Below are positions 26,545 to 41,520 of a stretch of 64,000 nt of DNA, in pieces. The stretch covers positions 291,581 through 355,580 of the forward strand of contig RDEW01000050.1 of assembly GCA_011109175.1 (NCBI GenBank). Direction: 5' to 3'. The translations under genes and the position numbers were made by a program. Position 1 is the stretch's first letter. Each line of letters opens with the position of its first letter. The notes below the pieces were generated by a model. That model did not search any database, was not told where the DNA came from, and worked only from the letters and a program-made list of their open reading frames with translations. Origin of the DNA: Dicyema japonicum. Its lineage: Eukaryota; Animalia; Dicyemida.

Positions 26545-29500
26545 ATGCAACGTGCTTTCGATTCCGTGGCGTTAAAACTCTCTCGAGTTGGCAAAAATGT
26601 TGAAAGGAAAAAAGGAGAAGGGTCACTTGCGTTACCTGATGGTATGAATGTAATTCTTGCCATATCCGAGAGCGTTGTGGCAGATGACCCAAAAGAATGG
26701 GCGAGGCAGGTAGTCCTGCAGGTACGTAGCAGGCTATCTCGAATGCCCTGGAATGGTTGGCCATACTTGGCGGAGCTCTGCAGTGGCAGATTCAGTACTG
26801 CTATATCTGTGAGTGAACTCAAGAAAATGGCTGTAGGCAAAGAGGGTACTGGTCTAAAGGGGCGAGAGACCAGATGACCACAACTGTCAAAGAGAACACG
26901 AGCACCAGAGCTGTGATACGTTGCAGCTCAAGCATGTTTATGAGGTCTTCGCGCGGAATCTCGCTGCAGCGGCAGATGTCCCACTTGAGGACCGTAGATT
27001 TACCCGCAAGATTCCTCATTGTAAGGTTAACGGTGTAGTGTTAACCTGTATCAATAAGGCTGTGGCTTATGCGGTGGAGGCTAAGCCAGTAGGGTCACTG
27101 GGTGACATCTCCCTAGTGCTGTATGCAGCACAGATCACCTATGAGGAATTGACGGACAAGCCCAGACCACCCAGTAAATGGAGGGAGCAGATCTGTGCCA
27201 AGATTGCTTGGAGACAGACTGAGCTGGAAGCACTGGAGGGGCACATAAGTAGTGTGGCGAGAGGGGTTAGAGGAAAAGCACCGGCTATAGTAAAGGGGCT
27301 AATTAGTAAACTCCGTGTTCCCAAATGGGACCTCAAAGAGTTGAGGAGGGCAAAGGTGGAGTTAGAGGGGGCAATAATGGTGTATAAGAGGAAACTCTAT
27401 ACACATGAAAGTCGGTGTAAGAGAAGGAGAGAAAATAATCTGTTTGAGTTTAATCGCAGATTGTTTTACCGTCGCCTACACGAAAATGGCCATAGTGTAT
27501 GTTCCCAGCAGGACGCGGAAATGCTTTCCACATGGGGTAGTATGTGGGAGGCTAAACCACGCAGAGGAAATGCGTGGAATGTCCCGTACAGCGCCGCTCC
27601 TTTCTTGGCGGAATCTTGCGGAATTTTCGATTTTCGCAAGAAATTTGAGGCGGTAGTGAGACATCTCCCTGATTGGAAGACGACCGGGGTCGATAAAGTT
27701 TATAATTTCTTTATCAAAAGATGCACTTCATTACACGAGTCTATGTGTCGTGTATTACAGAAAAGCATCACTAACCCGGAAACGATTCCTGATTGGGCAT
27801 GCACAGGGACAACTTATTTGATCCCAAAGCTGGACAACCCCCAGTCTGCTGCAGATTATCGACCGATAACCTGCATGCCAACCCTGTATAAGCTGATGAC
27901 CAAATTGGTGGCTAATGAGGTCAGGAGCTTTGTAGACGCAAATGGGATTCTCTCCGAGAATCAGTTGGGAACTGTGCGAAATTGTCAGGGGGCAAAAGAG
28001 CAGGCTTTGATCAACAAATGCCTTTCTGTGTCTCACGGAAACTCACTTTTGTCTATGTGGGTGGATGTGAAGAAGGCTTACGATTCAGTTGATCATTCTT
28101 ACCTTGTCGAGTGCCTACACAGTCTGTGTATGCCTGTGTGGTTCATCAGCTTTGTAGTGGCTGTGATGAATAGGTGGAGTATTCATCTGAACTATAATAG
28201 GCACCGGATAGGCGAGGTAAAACTCAAGAGGGGGATCCTTCAGGGGATAGCATGTCTCCGCTACTCTTTGTTCTCTGTTTGGAGCCATTGAGTCGCCGCC
28301 TCAATGACCGGTTTGAGCAAATACCAGTTCATTGTGAAGGGGTCTGTTTCAGTACAAATCACCTTCTTTTTATCGATGACTTGAAGATGTATGCTCGAAC
28401 AGCCGAGGAGCTCTACTCCATGGGGGTCTGTGCCAGGGAATTCTTTGAGAGTATAGGGCTAGATTTGAATTATTCAAAGTCTGCGACTAACACGCAAGTA
28501 TGTAGCGAGTTAGTAAGAGTCCTAGAGGAACACGAAGGATATAAGTATCTGGGTGTTACCGAATCTCCAAAGTCCCTTATAATGCCTGAGACAAAGCGAC
28601 AAATTACTGAAGGCATCCGTAAAAGAGCAGCGTTATTGTGTAAGACGTCTCTAAATGCAAGGAATTTGTTCCTAGCATTAAATGAGTATGCTGTCTCGCT
28701 GCTAAACTACTACATAGGTGTTGTGGAGTTTGAGCCCAAAGAGTATGATGAGATGGATGTTATGATCCGTGGAGTACTCAGAGAGAACCATGTCCATGTG
28801 TTGGCAGCCAATAAGGAGAGACTATATTTACCCCGTGATAAATTCGGCCGTGGACTGTGTGGAGTAGTCCAACTAAGTGAGCGTATCCTAATGCGAATGC
28901 ACGACACCCTGATAGCTGGGTCAAGTGTGTCTGCTAGGAAGCACGCCATAATAACGACCGAGAAAACACGGGCAACCCACCTAGGCACTATCAGACCTTT
29001 TTTGTCTGCTAAGTATGGTGTTGATGATGGTGGGCTAGTAAATGTGAAGGCGTTGATCGAATTACAATATAATAATTTGATGGAAAAGATCAACTTAAAA
29101 AGCCTTCATAAGGTCCTCTTCAGAGCATTGGACAACCCACATGTCGACCTTAAGTCGTCGACAATATGGCTAAAATACGGTGACAACTCACCTCGATCGG
29201 AGGCGTTGTACACGTATATGCAAGACCGCAATATTTTTTGGGGTCGATCAACAAATACATGTCCCCACTGTAAGTCAAGGAGCATGTCGGTTGATCATTT
29301 AGCCACTCGATGTGGATCCATGCTCTGCCACGACTATGTGTGGAGGCACAACGAGGTAGTAAGGAGTCTTCATCTTCTACTATGCAATAAGTATGGTATT
29401 CGCCACACCAGAAAGTTGCGGACTCATAAGGTGCAATCTGTAGTAGAGAACACCAAAGTCCAAATTAAGGTAGACAGTGTTATCCGTACCTCGGTGCTAG

Positions 29501-29943
29501 TCAAGCACAATAAACCGGACATTGTGGTACACGATAAGGAGTCTGGCCATGTCCTTATCATAGAGGTTGGCATCACGTCTCAAGACCGTTTGCAGACTGT
29601 GGAAGTGGAGAAAAAAAGGAAGTATGACTTTGTTGCAAACGAGATAAGGCAGATGCTTAGTTGCAAGGTCCTCGTTATTCCTATAGTAATGACGTGGGAA
29701 GGAATTGCAACGAAGTACCACAAGGGTTATCTGAAGCAGTTGGGGGTAGATAGGAAGCTCCAGGCCTATCTACAGTCCACTGTGTTAAAGCGGACCCTAG
29801 AGAGCCTGACACTGGAGTATAGGAGGCAGAGCCCTGAGATGCCATATGGGCAGAGGGTTCAATTGGAAAGGCGCTCTCGAAGTTGTTTCAGCAACCAGAG
29901 TCGAACCTGCCTGAGGAGGCTGGCGAACAGGCATATTAAATAA
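26545..29943 (+). mobile_element. R4/Dong-like RLE non-LTR retrotransposon; single long ORF broken by two frameshifts
   Basis: YRPITCMPTLYK, DVKKAYDSV, GILQG/DSMSPLLF, FIDDLK and YKYLG. CCHC motif CPHC-x8-H-x4-C, RHNEV, and KPDIVV...IIEVG...EKKRKY endonuclease. No in-frame nonsense codons apart from the frame shifts at ~26860 and ~28245. Confidence 0.93.
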
Positions 29944-30240
29944 AATATTATTTTTAAGACAATAACGAGTAAATCAACTAATTAAGCGTATTTTAATCCA
30001 GATTGTTGGTAATCCCTCTTCTTCTCTTAGAAGAAGAATGTGCCATAACCTCTCTGTTACTCCGCATCTCCACATCAAGATTCAGTCAAAATATCTCCGT
30101 TAGAGTCCAGTGGGCTGTCCTCACGGCATGCCAGTTCCACAAGTTGGGAGGTTAGCAGAGGCGTACTCTTCATCGTATACCTTCATCCATGCTTATGTTC
30201 AATGAGCATACTTTCGAACGTTCTTTGCAGCACAAAACCA

Positions 30241-30322
30241 ACCATTTTCTGCTCCCACGGATTCTCCAATCAACCATTTTCTGGCTCCCATGGATTCTTC
30301 AATCAATCATTTTCTGGCTCTC
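30241..30322. repeat. ~33-bp tandem repeat, about 2.5 copies
   Basis: Unit a(c/t)cattttct(g)gctccca(c/t)ggattct(c/t)caatca. Confidence 0.8.
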
Positions 30323-30405
30323 ACATGCATGGAGAATTTCCTCAAGGAAATATCGGACATAATCTTCACTCCTCCGTATTTAACCACGGGTGATTCCAAG
30401 TACCG

Positions 30406-30908
30406 AGGTCAGGTTGATCTTCCTGGAATGTATCCAATGGGAACTCCATCAGCCTCAGAAAATTTTTTCAAAAAAACAAGAAATTTGAATATGAATTCCC
30501 CAAGCATAAATTTTAGTTACTAATAACTTTAGACTAATATAAGCATAAATTTTAGTTACTAATAACTTTAGACTAATATAAGCATAAATTTTAGTTACTA
30601 ATAACTTTTAGACTAATATAAGCATAAATTTTAGTTACTAATAACTTTAGACTAATATAAGCATAAATTTTAGTTTACTAATAACTTTAGACTAATATAA
30701 GCATAAATTTTAAGTTACTAATAACTTTAGACTAATTAGGTCAGGTTTGATCCTCCTGGAATGTATCCAATGGGAACTCCATCAGCCTCAGAAAATTTTT
30801 TCAAAAAAAACAAGAAATTTGAATATGAATTCCCCAAGCATAAATTTTAGTTACTAATAACTTTAGACTAATATAAGCATAAATTTAGTTACTAATAACT
30901 TTAGTCTA
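30406..30908. repeat. 39-bp minisatellite nested within a local duplication
   Basis: Unit AAGCATAAATTTTAGTTACTAATAACTTTAGACTAATAT occurs about 6 times (30502-30736) and about 2 times (30836-30908). Each run is preceded by the same ~96-bp segment (30406-30501, 30738-30835). Confidence 0.95.
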
Positions 30909-31089
30909 TGATTTGTGTCAAGTTACTGATATCTAAAAAAGTGAACTACCGATGTCTGATTATTACTTTTTATTATTATGGCCAGGATATTGTTGACAGA
31001 TAAATGAATCCATTGTTTGAAGGTCTTAGTTTGAGGATGTTAAATACGCACACATTCATGACAGTTATTTTTTTCACGCACGATCATTC

Positions 31090-31420
31090 CATCACTCCTT
31101 TGTGGACTGGAAGGATGGTATTACACTGCATACAAAGAACGTTTTATTTTGCTTTTTGAAAAATCGAGGAGAGCAGGGTTCAAGATTGCCCTACACAGAA
31201 GGCTCGACAAAAAGCTAGTTAAAGATGAAAAATTGCTAGTAATGTCGATAAGGAATGCAGCAGAAAAAAGGATCTAAAATTACCTTAAAAGAGATGACAT
31301 CATTGACTCGTATGTTGCATTACAGAATAAACGATAAGAAGGGTCTGAGAGCGCAGAGAAGAGTCCAAGAGTTTTCAGGACTTGCGGCATAAGGCCAAAT
31401 AACTCGCTCTAATTAACTCT
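31090..31420 (+). mobile_element. LINE family B 3' remnant
   Basis: Shares tattacactgcatacaa and gggtctgaga.cgcagag.agagtc with 19540-19660. Confidence 0.5.
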
Positions 31421-31689
31421 TAAGTTAAAAGATAGTTATTTAGGTCATAAACAGTAAAAATGTATGACTAAATTAACTGACCTACATAATATAAATTAGT
31501 CTAAAAATCGCTCTTACATAACTTTTTTGATACCATGGGAGTAACTCTCCTTACGTGTTCAATGCCTTTATCTTAGACTAAAAATAAGTTTTTATTAATA
31601 ACGAATTAATGAAGTCAATTGAAAGTCAAAGAACTTTGTTATGGCCTACAGGCATTGAGCACTAAAATATCATAATATTAAAAATAAAA

Positions 31690-31761
31690 TGGAGATGTCG
31701 GGAATCGAACCCGAGACCTTCAGCATGCAAAGCAGACGTCATACCACTAGACCACATCCCC
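31690..31761 (-). tRNA. tRNA-Ala (anticodon UGC)
   Basis: 72-nt cloverleaf: acceptor GGGGATG/CATCTCC with the G3:U70 alanine identity pair, T arm TCGGG-TTCGATT-CCCGA, anticodon TGC and a downstream T-run. One U.U mismatch in the anticodon stem. Confidence 0.88.
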
Positions 31762-31999
31762 GCACTTTTAGTGATTAAAGGGTATCTCAACCTCACTAAT
31801 TCTTTTTTATCTTTCTTATCTGATTTCATCTTTACTCTCCTTTATCTTAGATCATCGAGGTTGTCGTCTGTTGTAGGTTTTTAACCGACAATCTTTGATC
31901 ACAATTAATTATGGAATGCAGGAAGGCAAATGAGGCTTAATTTTCCAAAGCACGCGTTCTCCACGAGGAGCGATGATGGACACGGATATCGGGTGTATG

Positions 32000-32440
32000 A
32001 TGTAGGGGTGGCCTTTGGTTTTCCATTTTCAGAACAATTATGTGAGTTCTTATTTTTCTAGGGATAGCGTTCTTGTTGAAGGGGAGATTAAAATGGAGTT
32101 AATCTATCTTATCGATATGTCTCCAAGATAATAGAATTGCTTGAATACCATCAGGATCATATATATAAGACGTCTTTGTGGATATTATTGTTTGTGTAAC
32201 CTCAGACTGTGTAGAATTGAATCCACGTGGTTGTTTTGGATTCAAAATGACGTAGGCGACAGGATTGAGTCCTTGAGAACTCCTTGTGACTTTTAGAGGC
32301 GTATTACTTTTTGGAAGTGAAGATCATTCCTTGGTTCTACGATTAGTTAAAATTAACTGTTCTTTACTTAAATTAAGTGTGTGTCCTGCCTATGCGGAGC
32401 TATAAATTCTATGGCTCTCGCGAAAAGGCTTTATTATTAC
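32000..32440 (+). mobile_element. Decayed 3' portion of LINE family J
   Basis: Terminal ~120 bp match 8380-8500; ends in a TTA tail. Confidence 0.45.
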
Positions 32441-32864
32441 TTTTTGGTTCAATGTCCCCAGAAAACATGATTATCCAGTAGAGCATGCAACGCCTCACAT
32501 TTCGAATTGAGGTATACCAGACATACTAGTCGGATGGATGGGGGAGAGAAAACGGTTTTTTTCGGTGCCTTTCAACACTAAACGCCACAACATAACCATC
32601 TGAGGGCAAGCTAACAAATTAGATGATATCTCTTATTTTCTTTCTTGTGGTTCCTGGGATTAATAAATATCGTATGTCATCAGAACCAGTGTCGTTGATA
32701 CTGTCCGGGCTAAGACAAGTTAATCGATTGAAATCACTGACAAACACTAAATTTTGTAAACCAAGAGTCTAAAGGGATCTGTTTAGAATGACGGTTTAAA
32801 TGTAAAGTATGGGCAATTGGTGATAAGTTATTTATTTAACTCAAAAGAAATCAACCGAGGTTCA

Positions 32865-33045
32865 TACAGTAGCCGCCCTAATTTTCTCTCAGGATGGCGA
32901 GAGAAATTCGCTCGAATAGCTAGCAGCGCTACGATGATCCCCAATGCGTGTAGAAATCTGATTTCTTAGATGGCTCAGGAATTCGAACGTCGAAAGCGCA
33001 AGGGAAATGGACTTTTCAACTACGAGCGGAACAAGCATAGGTCCA
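32865..33045 (-). mobile_element. CRE 3' tip
   Basis: VPLVVEKS..., ISTRIGD and LFERISLAILR motifs. Confidence 0.6.
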
Positions 33046-33051
33046 CTCTCT

Positions 33052-35990
33052 TAATTTAATTTATTAACCCCGGATACACCGAGAAAGAAGTTAAAGTAAA
33101 CAACTGATTAAGTGTATCCAGTTTCCACTTCTACAGAAACAGAGTACATCCGGAATCAACATAAAAAAAAGTCCATTACTTGCAGTTTTGGAAACCCTTC
33201 CAGTGGAGTGGGGAAGAGCAAATGATCACTTTGCGTGCCCTGGAGCCACCTAGACAGGTGGATCACATGTCGCCACTCTAATAGGAAGGGAAAGGGGAGG
33301 AACAAACCAAACAAACTTCAACCAATTAGCCTCGTAGCACCACAGAAAAGTGGAGCTGGTCATGGGAAGGTAGAGGGATTTCTTTCAAAACTGCGTCGTA
33401 CCAGAAGGACTCGTCCCCTCGTAGGAGAGATCCGTATGAGAAGAATTGACCTTCACTAAAAATTCCATCTTTAGGTTTGAAATGAAATAAAAAACTTCCC
33501 AGACCACGGTAGCAACAAACTAACAAATCACTTGATCCCAGCACGTTATAAAGGAGACTTCAGCTTGGCACGATGACCTCCCTCGATCCAACGCAAGTAC
33601 ACATCGTTGGCCGTAAGTTACTCGGTTTTTACGTATTAAAGATTCCAGAGGCATTGGAGACTGGGACTTTCCAGAGGTCTATCATTTCGTAATTTTGGAA
33701 GCTTTTCTGGGTAGCTACACTTTCATGGAATTTGTCCAAGATATAAACGAACACTAGAAAGAACACATAAGATGGTTCGACGTACTTCTTGTAGATAGAG
33801 ATCAAGACTGGATGGTTTCCTGCTTTTCATACTCCTGAGGGTACTAGGACATTTGGCCGACAGACGATTAGCCGACAAACCCCTACGGTACTAGGACATT
33901 TGGCCGATTAGGTTTTCAGTTATTATGTGAAACATGTTCGGTTCCATTAGTGTATGCTATTGCTCGAAAAAAATCCCAACAAATGTATGAACAAATATTT
34001 TCTACTTTCACTTTGGCCAGTGTTTATGAGGAAAAATACAAAATCTAGGACTGCAGGCATGGTATAATGACCCAGCAAAAACAAACTTAATTAAAAGTAT
34101 TCAAGCACTGGAAGAAGACCATTGTTTAGTTTGGAATTGTGGAATGTACACGAAAGAAGGATGGCACAGATCTTTTTCACAAAAAGTGTTTATAAAACAT
34201 CCAACCGTTTGTCGGCTTGTTGCAAAAATACGAAAAGAACAGTCGGAGTGGGAGTTCACAGTAAAACAAGTGAATAACAATAAGACAAGTAAAGAAGTAC
34301 CAGGATGTGAACAAAAGGATAAACAGTATTCATAGCCTTTAAGTAAATGTTTTTATCTTGAATTTTATCTCTGAATTTTAAAAACCAGAATTTCCTGTCT
34401 AAACGTCTGTCAGTTAAACGTCTGTCGGCCAAATGTCTGTCGGCCTAATATCTGTCTGCTAAATGTCCGGACACGCTCCTGAGATACTTTTCAGAACGTT
34501 AGCCTTCTCGAATTTGATCACGTGTATTGCATGCTGTGAGAAACACACTTGCATGTCGAATGTGACTCCCAGAATTTTCTGGTATTTGCTAAAAGGATTT
34601 CGGCATTATCTTTTTTTTAGCTCCGCCGTCCGTCTGCTTAATCTCTTATTGAAAGTGAATAATGTGGTGACTGATTTCTACCCGCTAATCGATAGGCGGT
34701 TGTCCTCTAACAAAAAATCTCACCGGATGGTTAAATGGGTGGAAGTTGAGCGTTCTGCTTTGGACCTGTCCTGAAATGACATAGAACGTCCTTAATTTTT
34801 GAAAGGACTAGCTTTAGTTTGACATTGAACATATGAGCGAGACAGGCCTGAATGACTCTGGATTGTCTTTCTGTCTTCCAGGTTTCAGAATTGGTCGTAT
34901 ATAAACAAGTTTCCAAATAGCTAGTGTGACATTTTTATCATTTGATGTGTTGAACAGTCTTGTTAGGATGGCAATGTCTGTGTTCCCAGATTTTTCAGTA
35001 AAATAATGGGTATCCTATCGGAACCTCAGGAGGGAGTATTTATAGTCTAATTTAACACATTTTCTACGTCCTTTATGGTAATTATGTCGATTCCGGCTCT
35101 TTCTTAGGTTTCCTCTGGGCCAATGAGGGGATGACCTTTTATTGTCTTTATGGAGACTTTGACATAGAATTTGGTCAGCTTGATTAGATCATCCAAGTTG
35201 AAATCATCGTTATGTATCTTTTCGCGGTACTTGAAATATAAATTTCCGCAGTAGGCCGGTTCCTGTTCAAGCCTAAAAATACCATTTAGTCCTCTGGACT
35301 ATAAGTATTTTGTTCTCTATCTTTTGGTTCAGGATTCGAACTTTGAGTTTCATTTTTTTCGTTGGCTAGTTAATCCTTCTTTCTTTACATAAAGGAATCT
35401 TTCCATGCCCACTGGCAAGGTTAGTGACTTGACAGCCAAAGAAGGTGTTTCGCATTCATATCTCCAAATGACGTCCAAAAATTTCTGTAACTTTGTCGTT
35501 TCCCATGAGATTCTTTAGTTCTGAAGTGATGTTCAGGCATTTAAGGTCTTTCCAGTATATAGTTAGGAGCCCAACGCCCCGTTTCTTCGTTCTGTCGATC
35601 CGTATATATTCGTATCCATTGAATGTAGGGGAGGAATATTTGCAGTGAGTTTGTTTCTTGGATATCAATGATATGTTTACAAATAGAGAGTAGTTCCAAG
35701 ATCTTTCCTCTTATTCCATTAAAGTTTGATTTAGAACAGTAGTCAAACTTCTCTTTTGATGGGCTGTTGAGTTCATGTGAAGCTGAAGTCTTGCTAGTAG
35801 CGTGTAGCCTGGAGCGATAAACCTTCAGAGATACTTAAGATTGATTCCGTGAAAAAGAGAAACAGAAGGCGGGCCAAGACACGAGAAAAGGTGATCTGCC
35901 CTGTGATCATCAAGTGAACATGAAATGTAACTTGCCCGGTCTTGTTTAGGTAGACTTACGTAGTGACCTCAGCCGAGGTGAGACAGGTTT
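33052..35990 (-). mobile_element. Decayed near-full LINE family A interrupted by a MULE derivative
   Basis: APE remnant (FNGYEYIRIDRTKKRGVGLL), KILGVTFD, IYKKYVEP, and a 3' hairpin with TAA tail at 33052-33083. Confidence 0.75.
33840..34475 (+). mobile_element. Internally deleted Mutator-like (MULE) DNA transposon
   Basis: Inverted arrays of a 15-bp GACATTTGGCCGACA repeat at both ends. Transposase remnants YFHFGQCL.RKIQ.LGL and EGWHRSF...HP...IRKEQ. Exact 8-bp TSD CTCCTGAG (33832-33839, 34476-34483). Confidence 0.85.
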
Positions 35991-36065
35991 ACCCAAATTT
36001 AAGGATTATTATAATGAAATTATATATTTTATAAATTTAAAAAAATTAAAAAATTTTTAATCAAA

Positions 36066-36073
36066 TTTGCCGC
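36066..36073 (+). promoter_or_regulatory. Putative E2F site upstream of MCM7
   Basis: TTTGCCGC matches TTTSSCGC, 22 nt before the ATG, in otherwise very AT-rich DNA. Confidence 0.5.
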
Positions 36074-36095
36074 ACTATTTTATCAATTAGTTGTT

Positions 36096-38522
<2,427 letters not shown>

Positions 38523-40229
38523 CATTATTGGCTTTGATTCTTTTCTTGTTATTTTTTGTTTCCTGACGAATTAGATATAGCAAAGTTATATAGAGGCTTT
38601 AAATTGACAATCTGTGGTTATGACCGTTTTACTTGTCAGATGTGCATAGGCCTAAACTTTACCCTGGCTATTATATAGAAACGTTCCCAGGACAACGATA
38701 CTGATCATTTCAATGCAAATTTGCACTATTCTCGGGACCTTTCACCTCTGATGTTGTCAAATAAGATGAAAACTTACAAATTTAACTATTAGAAATACAG
38801 TGTGATTCTACACTCAGAACAAAATACCTATATATGGGGATGGATTCTATTCAAACCTTCCTGAAAAGTTTACAAACTTCAAAACTTTTTAATGAGTATT
38901 ATGGCAATGTATGGTTCCACCTATGTGTGACAGTTGTTTTCATTCATGAAATCAACAAAATCTTCTGAGAACAAGACTGATGAACACTTGTCATCCCCGA
39001 TCAAGGTCTGAACTGCTAATACATTTCAGATATACGAAAAATTGTATGAAAAAGAGGAACCTCAAGACAAAACAAAAAGTGAGAATGATAATCTTAAAAA
39101 ATGATTACAATTTTTATAATTTTCGTTGTGGAATGTTAGCGAAATATAGCCTTTGTAGGACAACAAAGTATTACATTTAATAAGATTACGGTTTTTTTAT
39201 ATTTGTTAGTGTAGCTGATATAGAGGGTATGAGACATTCGCATGTGAATTAGAGTATACCCTTGTATAAAACAATTTTATTAAAAAGATGACGCACTTTT
39301 GCGAAACCAACGGAGACCTATGAAAAAATTGAGGGAATTTTCGTTAAGGGAAGGAAGGAATTTAGTAGATTTCTCAAGATTACTTCTCCATGTGTGCATT
39401 CGTACTTTCAATTAAATAATTTGAACTCGTCAATTTCCATAATCCAGCTGTAAAGAGACAAGGAGTATTTCAGGGTCAATGCGTCATTCCCAGGCGCCAT
39501 AAAAATCATCCCTGTTATTGAGGATCTCTGATTTGTTAACATGCTCGTGAATGGTCAATCAATCATGAAGATGCATCACGAACTAGCCCCTCTGACGAGA
39601 GTTGAGGAGGCAGACATGTTAATTGCATACGAAACAGAAATAAAGACAGATGAGAATACGACTTTCCTGAGTTTTGAATCCACATTTTTCACCATGGAAT
39701 GAAAGGGCAATAACCGAAATCGAAACATCGATTTTTATCTGTGTCCGTTGAAGATAAGAAATCTGAGGATTATTGCATGCTTTACTGCTATTGATGTTTG
39801 TTGTGTCGACGAATAGGTCACCATTGGCGGCCTTCACTCTCTGGAAGAATGCACTAAGGAGATTGAAAATTCGATACCTATTATAGGATAAGATTTAAAC
39901 TCCGAGAGCACGTGCTTCTGTTGTAGGAAGAATAACATGGTTGGAAAACTTCTGAAGGAGCTAACCGAAGGCCTTAGTGTGAGAGTCTTTACGTCTTAGG
40001 AAGACAATCGTTTCTTTCCGTTCGGAAGAGACAATTTGTCCGATTTAGACTGTTTTTTTTGAATATGAGGACATACCAATTGCCCTTCAGGATATTGAAG
40101 GGACCACATCTCACAGCCATTCTCAATAAATCTGAGGAAAGTCAGTGAACCTTTGTTACGACATAAGAAACTTAAATTGACTCATAATCGAATGTTCACC
40201 CCCAATGAATTAGTGTTAGGGAATTGTGA

Positions 40230-41030
40230 GCCCCAAAACTTATGGAAATAATGTAAGGACTGAAAAGACGACCATTTTGTCCATTAAAGCCCAAGAAATT
40301 ACTTATGAACATGTTCAATGCTGGTCTGAAGACATTGTATGGATGGTAGTGAAGACAGGAAAACCGAAGAAGGATCCATCAAGCTACCGACCACCTACTT
40401 CTAAAATAAAAAATTGTTTTCAGAAGACTCCCAAATATGATGAAAGACATCAGTTATATAGAGATCAATTTGATTTTCGTCCTAGTCCCATATTTCATCT
40501 AACTACGAGTTTGCCAAGGAATGTTCTCATCTCAAAGACTTTGAATAGTGTACGCCAGAAGATCGTAATTCTCCTATTATCTCTGACAGGAAGCCCAGAA
40601 GAGTTCGTTATAACCGCCAAAATTGTGAACATTTTATTACATAGTTAATATAATCCTGACTATTGATTCCCGCCAAAAAACTGCCTCTCACGATAAAAAG
40701 GGAGATCAACTGGAGAAGACATTGGGTTTCACGGTCATGGCTTTTGAGTGTAACCAAATATCCCAGTTTTTTGAGAAAGGAAAGTGATGTTCCGCTTATG
40801 TCTCCAGTTATTTAACAACAATAGCTTTGAATGTAAATCGGCCAAGAGCTTTTTTACTTCTCTTGAGAACTAAATCAAATTCGAATGGCATGGTGATTTC
40901 ATCAATTTCTGAGAGGATGTGACGTAATCAAAGTCCACCGATTTTATTTGAGAGTCAGTTAATAAAGTATGTGTCCTGCCTGAGTATCATGGTTCTCGCC
41001 AAAAAGTGCTGTATAAATTATAATTAAATC
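40230..41030 (+). mobile_element. Decayed Jockey-like LINE (family J)
   Basis: KTGKPKKDPSSYRP and QFDFRP motifs; terminal gtgtcctgcctga...catggttctcgc. Confidence 0.5.
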
Positions 41031-41248
41031 CTTTCGCCTACGAATAGTAATGTTTCCATTACTCCTCTCAGCTTAGGAAGAACTCAAATTTTATTTAACA
41101 AGAACAGTTATGCTAATCCAAGACATCTATGGTGTTCTTAACTTCTTGTCTTTTCTTTTTGCTTGCGTGTGAGTGCCTGAGACAATCCGGTTTCGCAGTG
41201 ATGAGTCATTGATGACGGCGTCACTCGTCAATCCACTGTGTAATGTCA

Positions 41249-41520
41249 CCCCAGATGCACCGAGAAAAAAGTTAACAACTAATTGATTGTATCCAATTCC
41301 CATCGTCATAGAAACAGAGTCCTTCGAAAGTCCAGAAGCAGCATAAAAGGTGGAAGACGTCCATTCCTTGCAGCTGTAGAACCCCCTCCAGTGGAATGGG
41401 AGAGCAAATGATCCTTTTTCTTGCCAGACTTGCATTGGGCGCCACCTGAAAAAGTTTGATCACATGGTGCCACTTTTAAAAAGGGAGTGGAGGAACAGAC
41501 GAAACAATCAGGTACCACGT
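41249..41520 (-). mobile_element. 3' end of LINE family A
   Basis: Similar to 33068-33330; terminal hairpin at 41250-41264. Confidence 0.6.

Noticed and set aside
30502-30908. CRISPR-like array
   Set aside because: Units are contiguous with no unique spacers; eukaryotic context and no cas genes.
35920-35995. HDV-like ribozyme or 2A peptide at the LINE 5' end
   Set aside because: I could not fold the nested double pseudoknot and found no D(V/I)ExNPGP motif.
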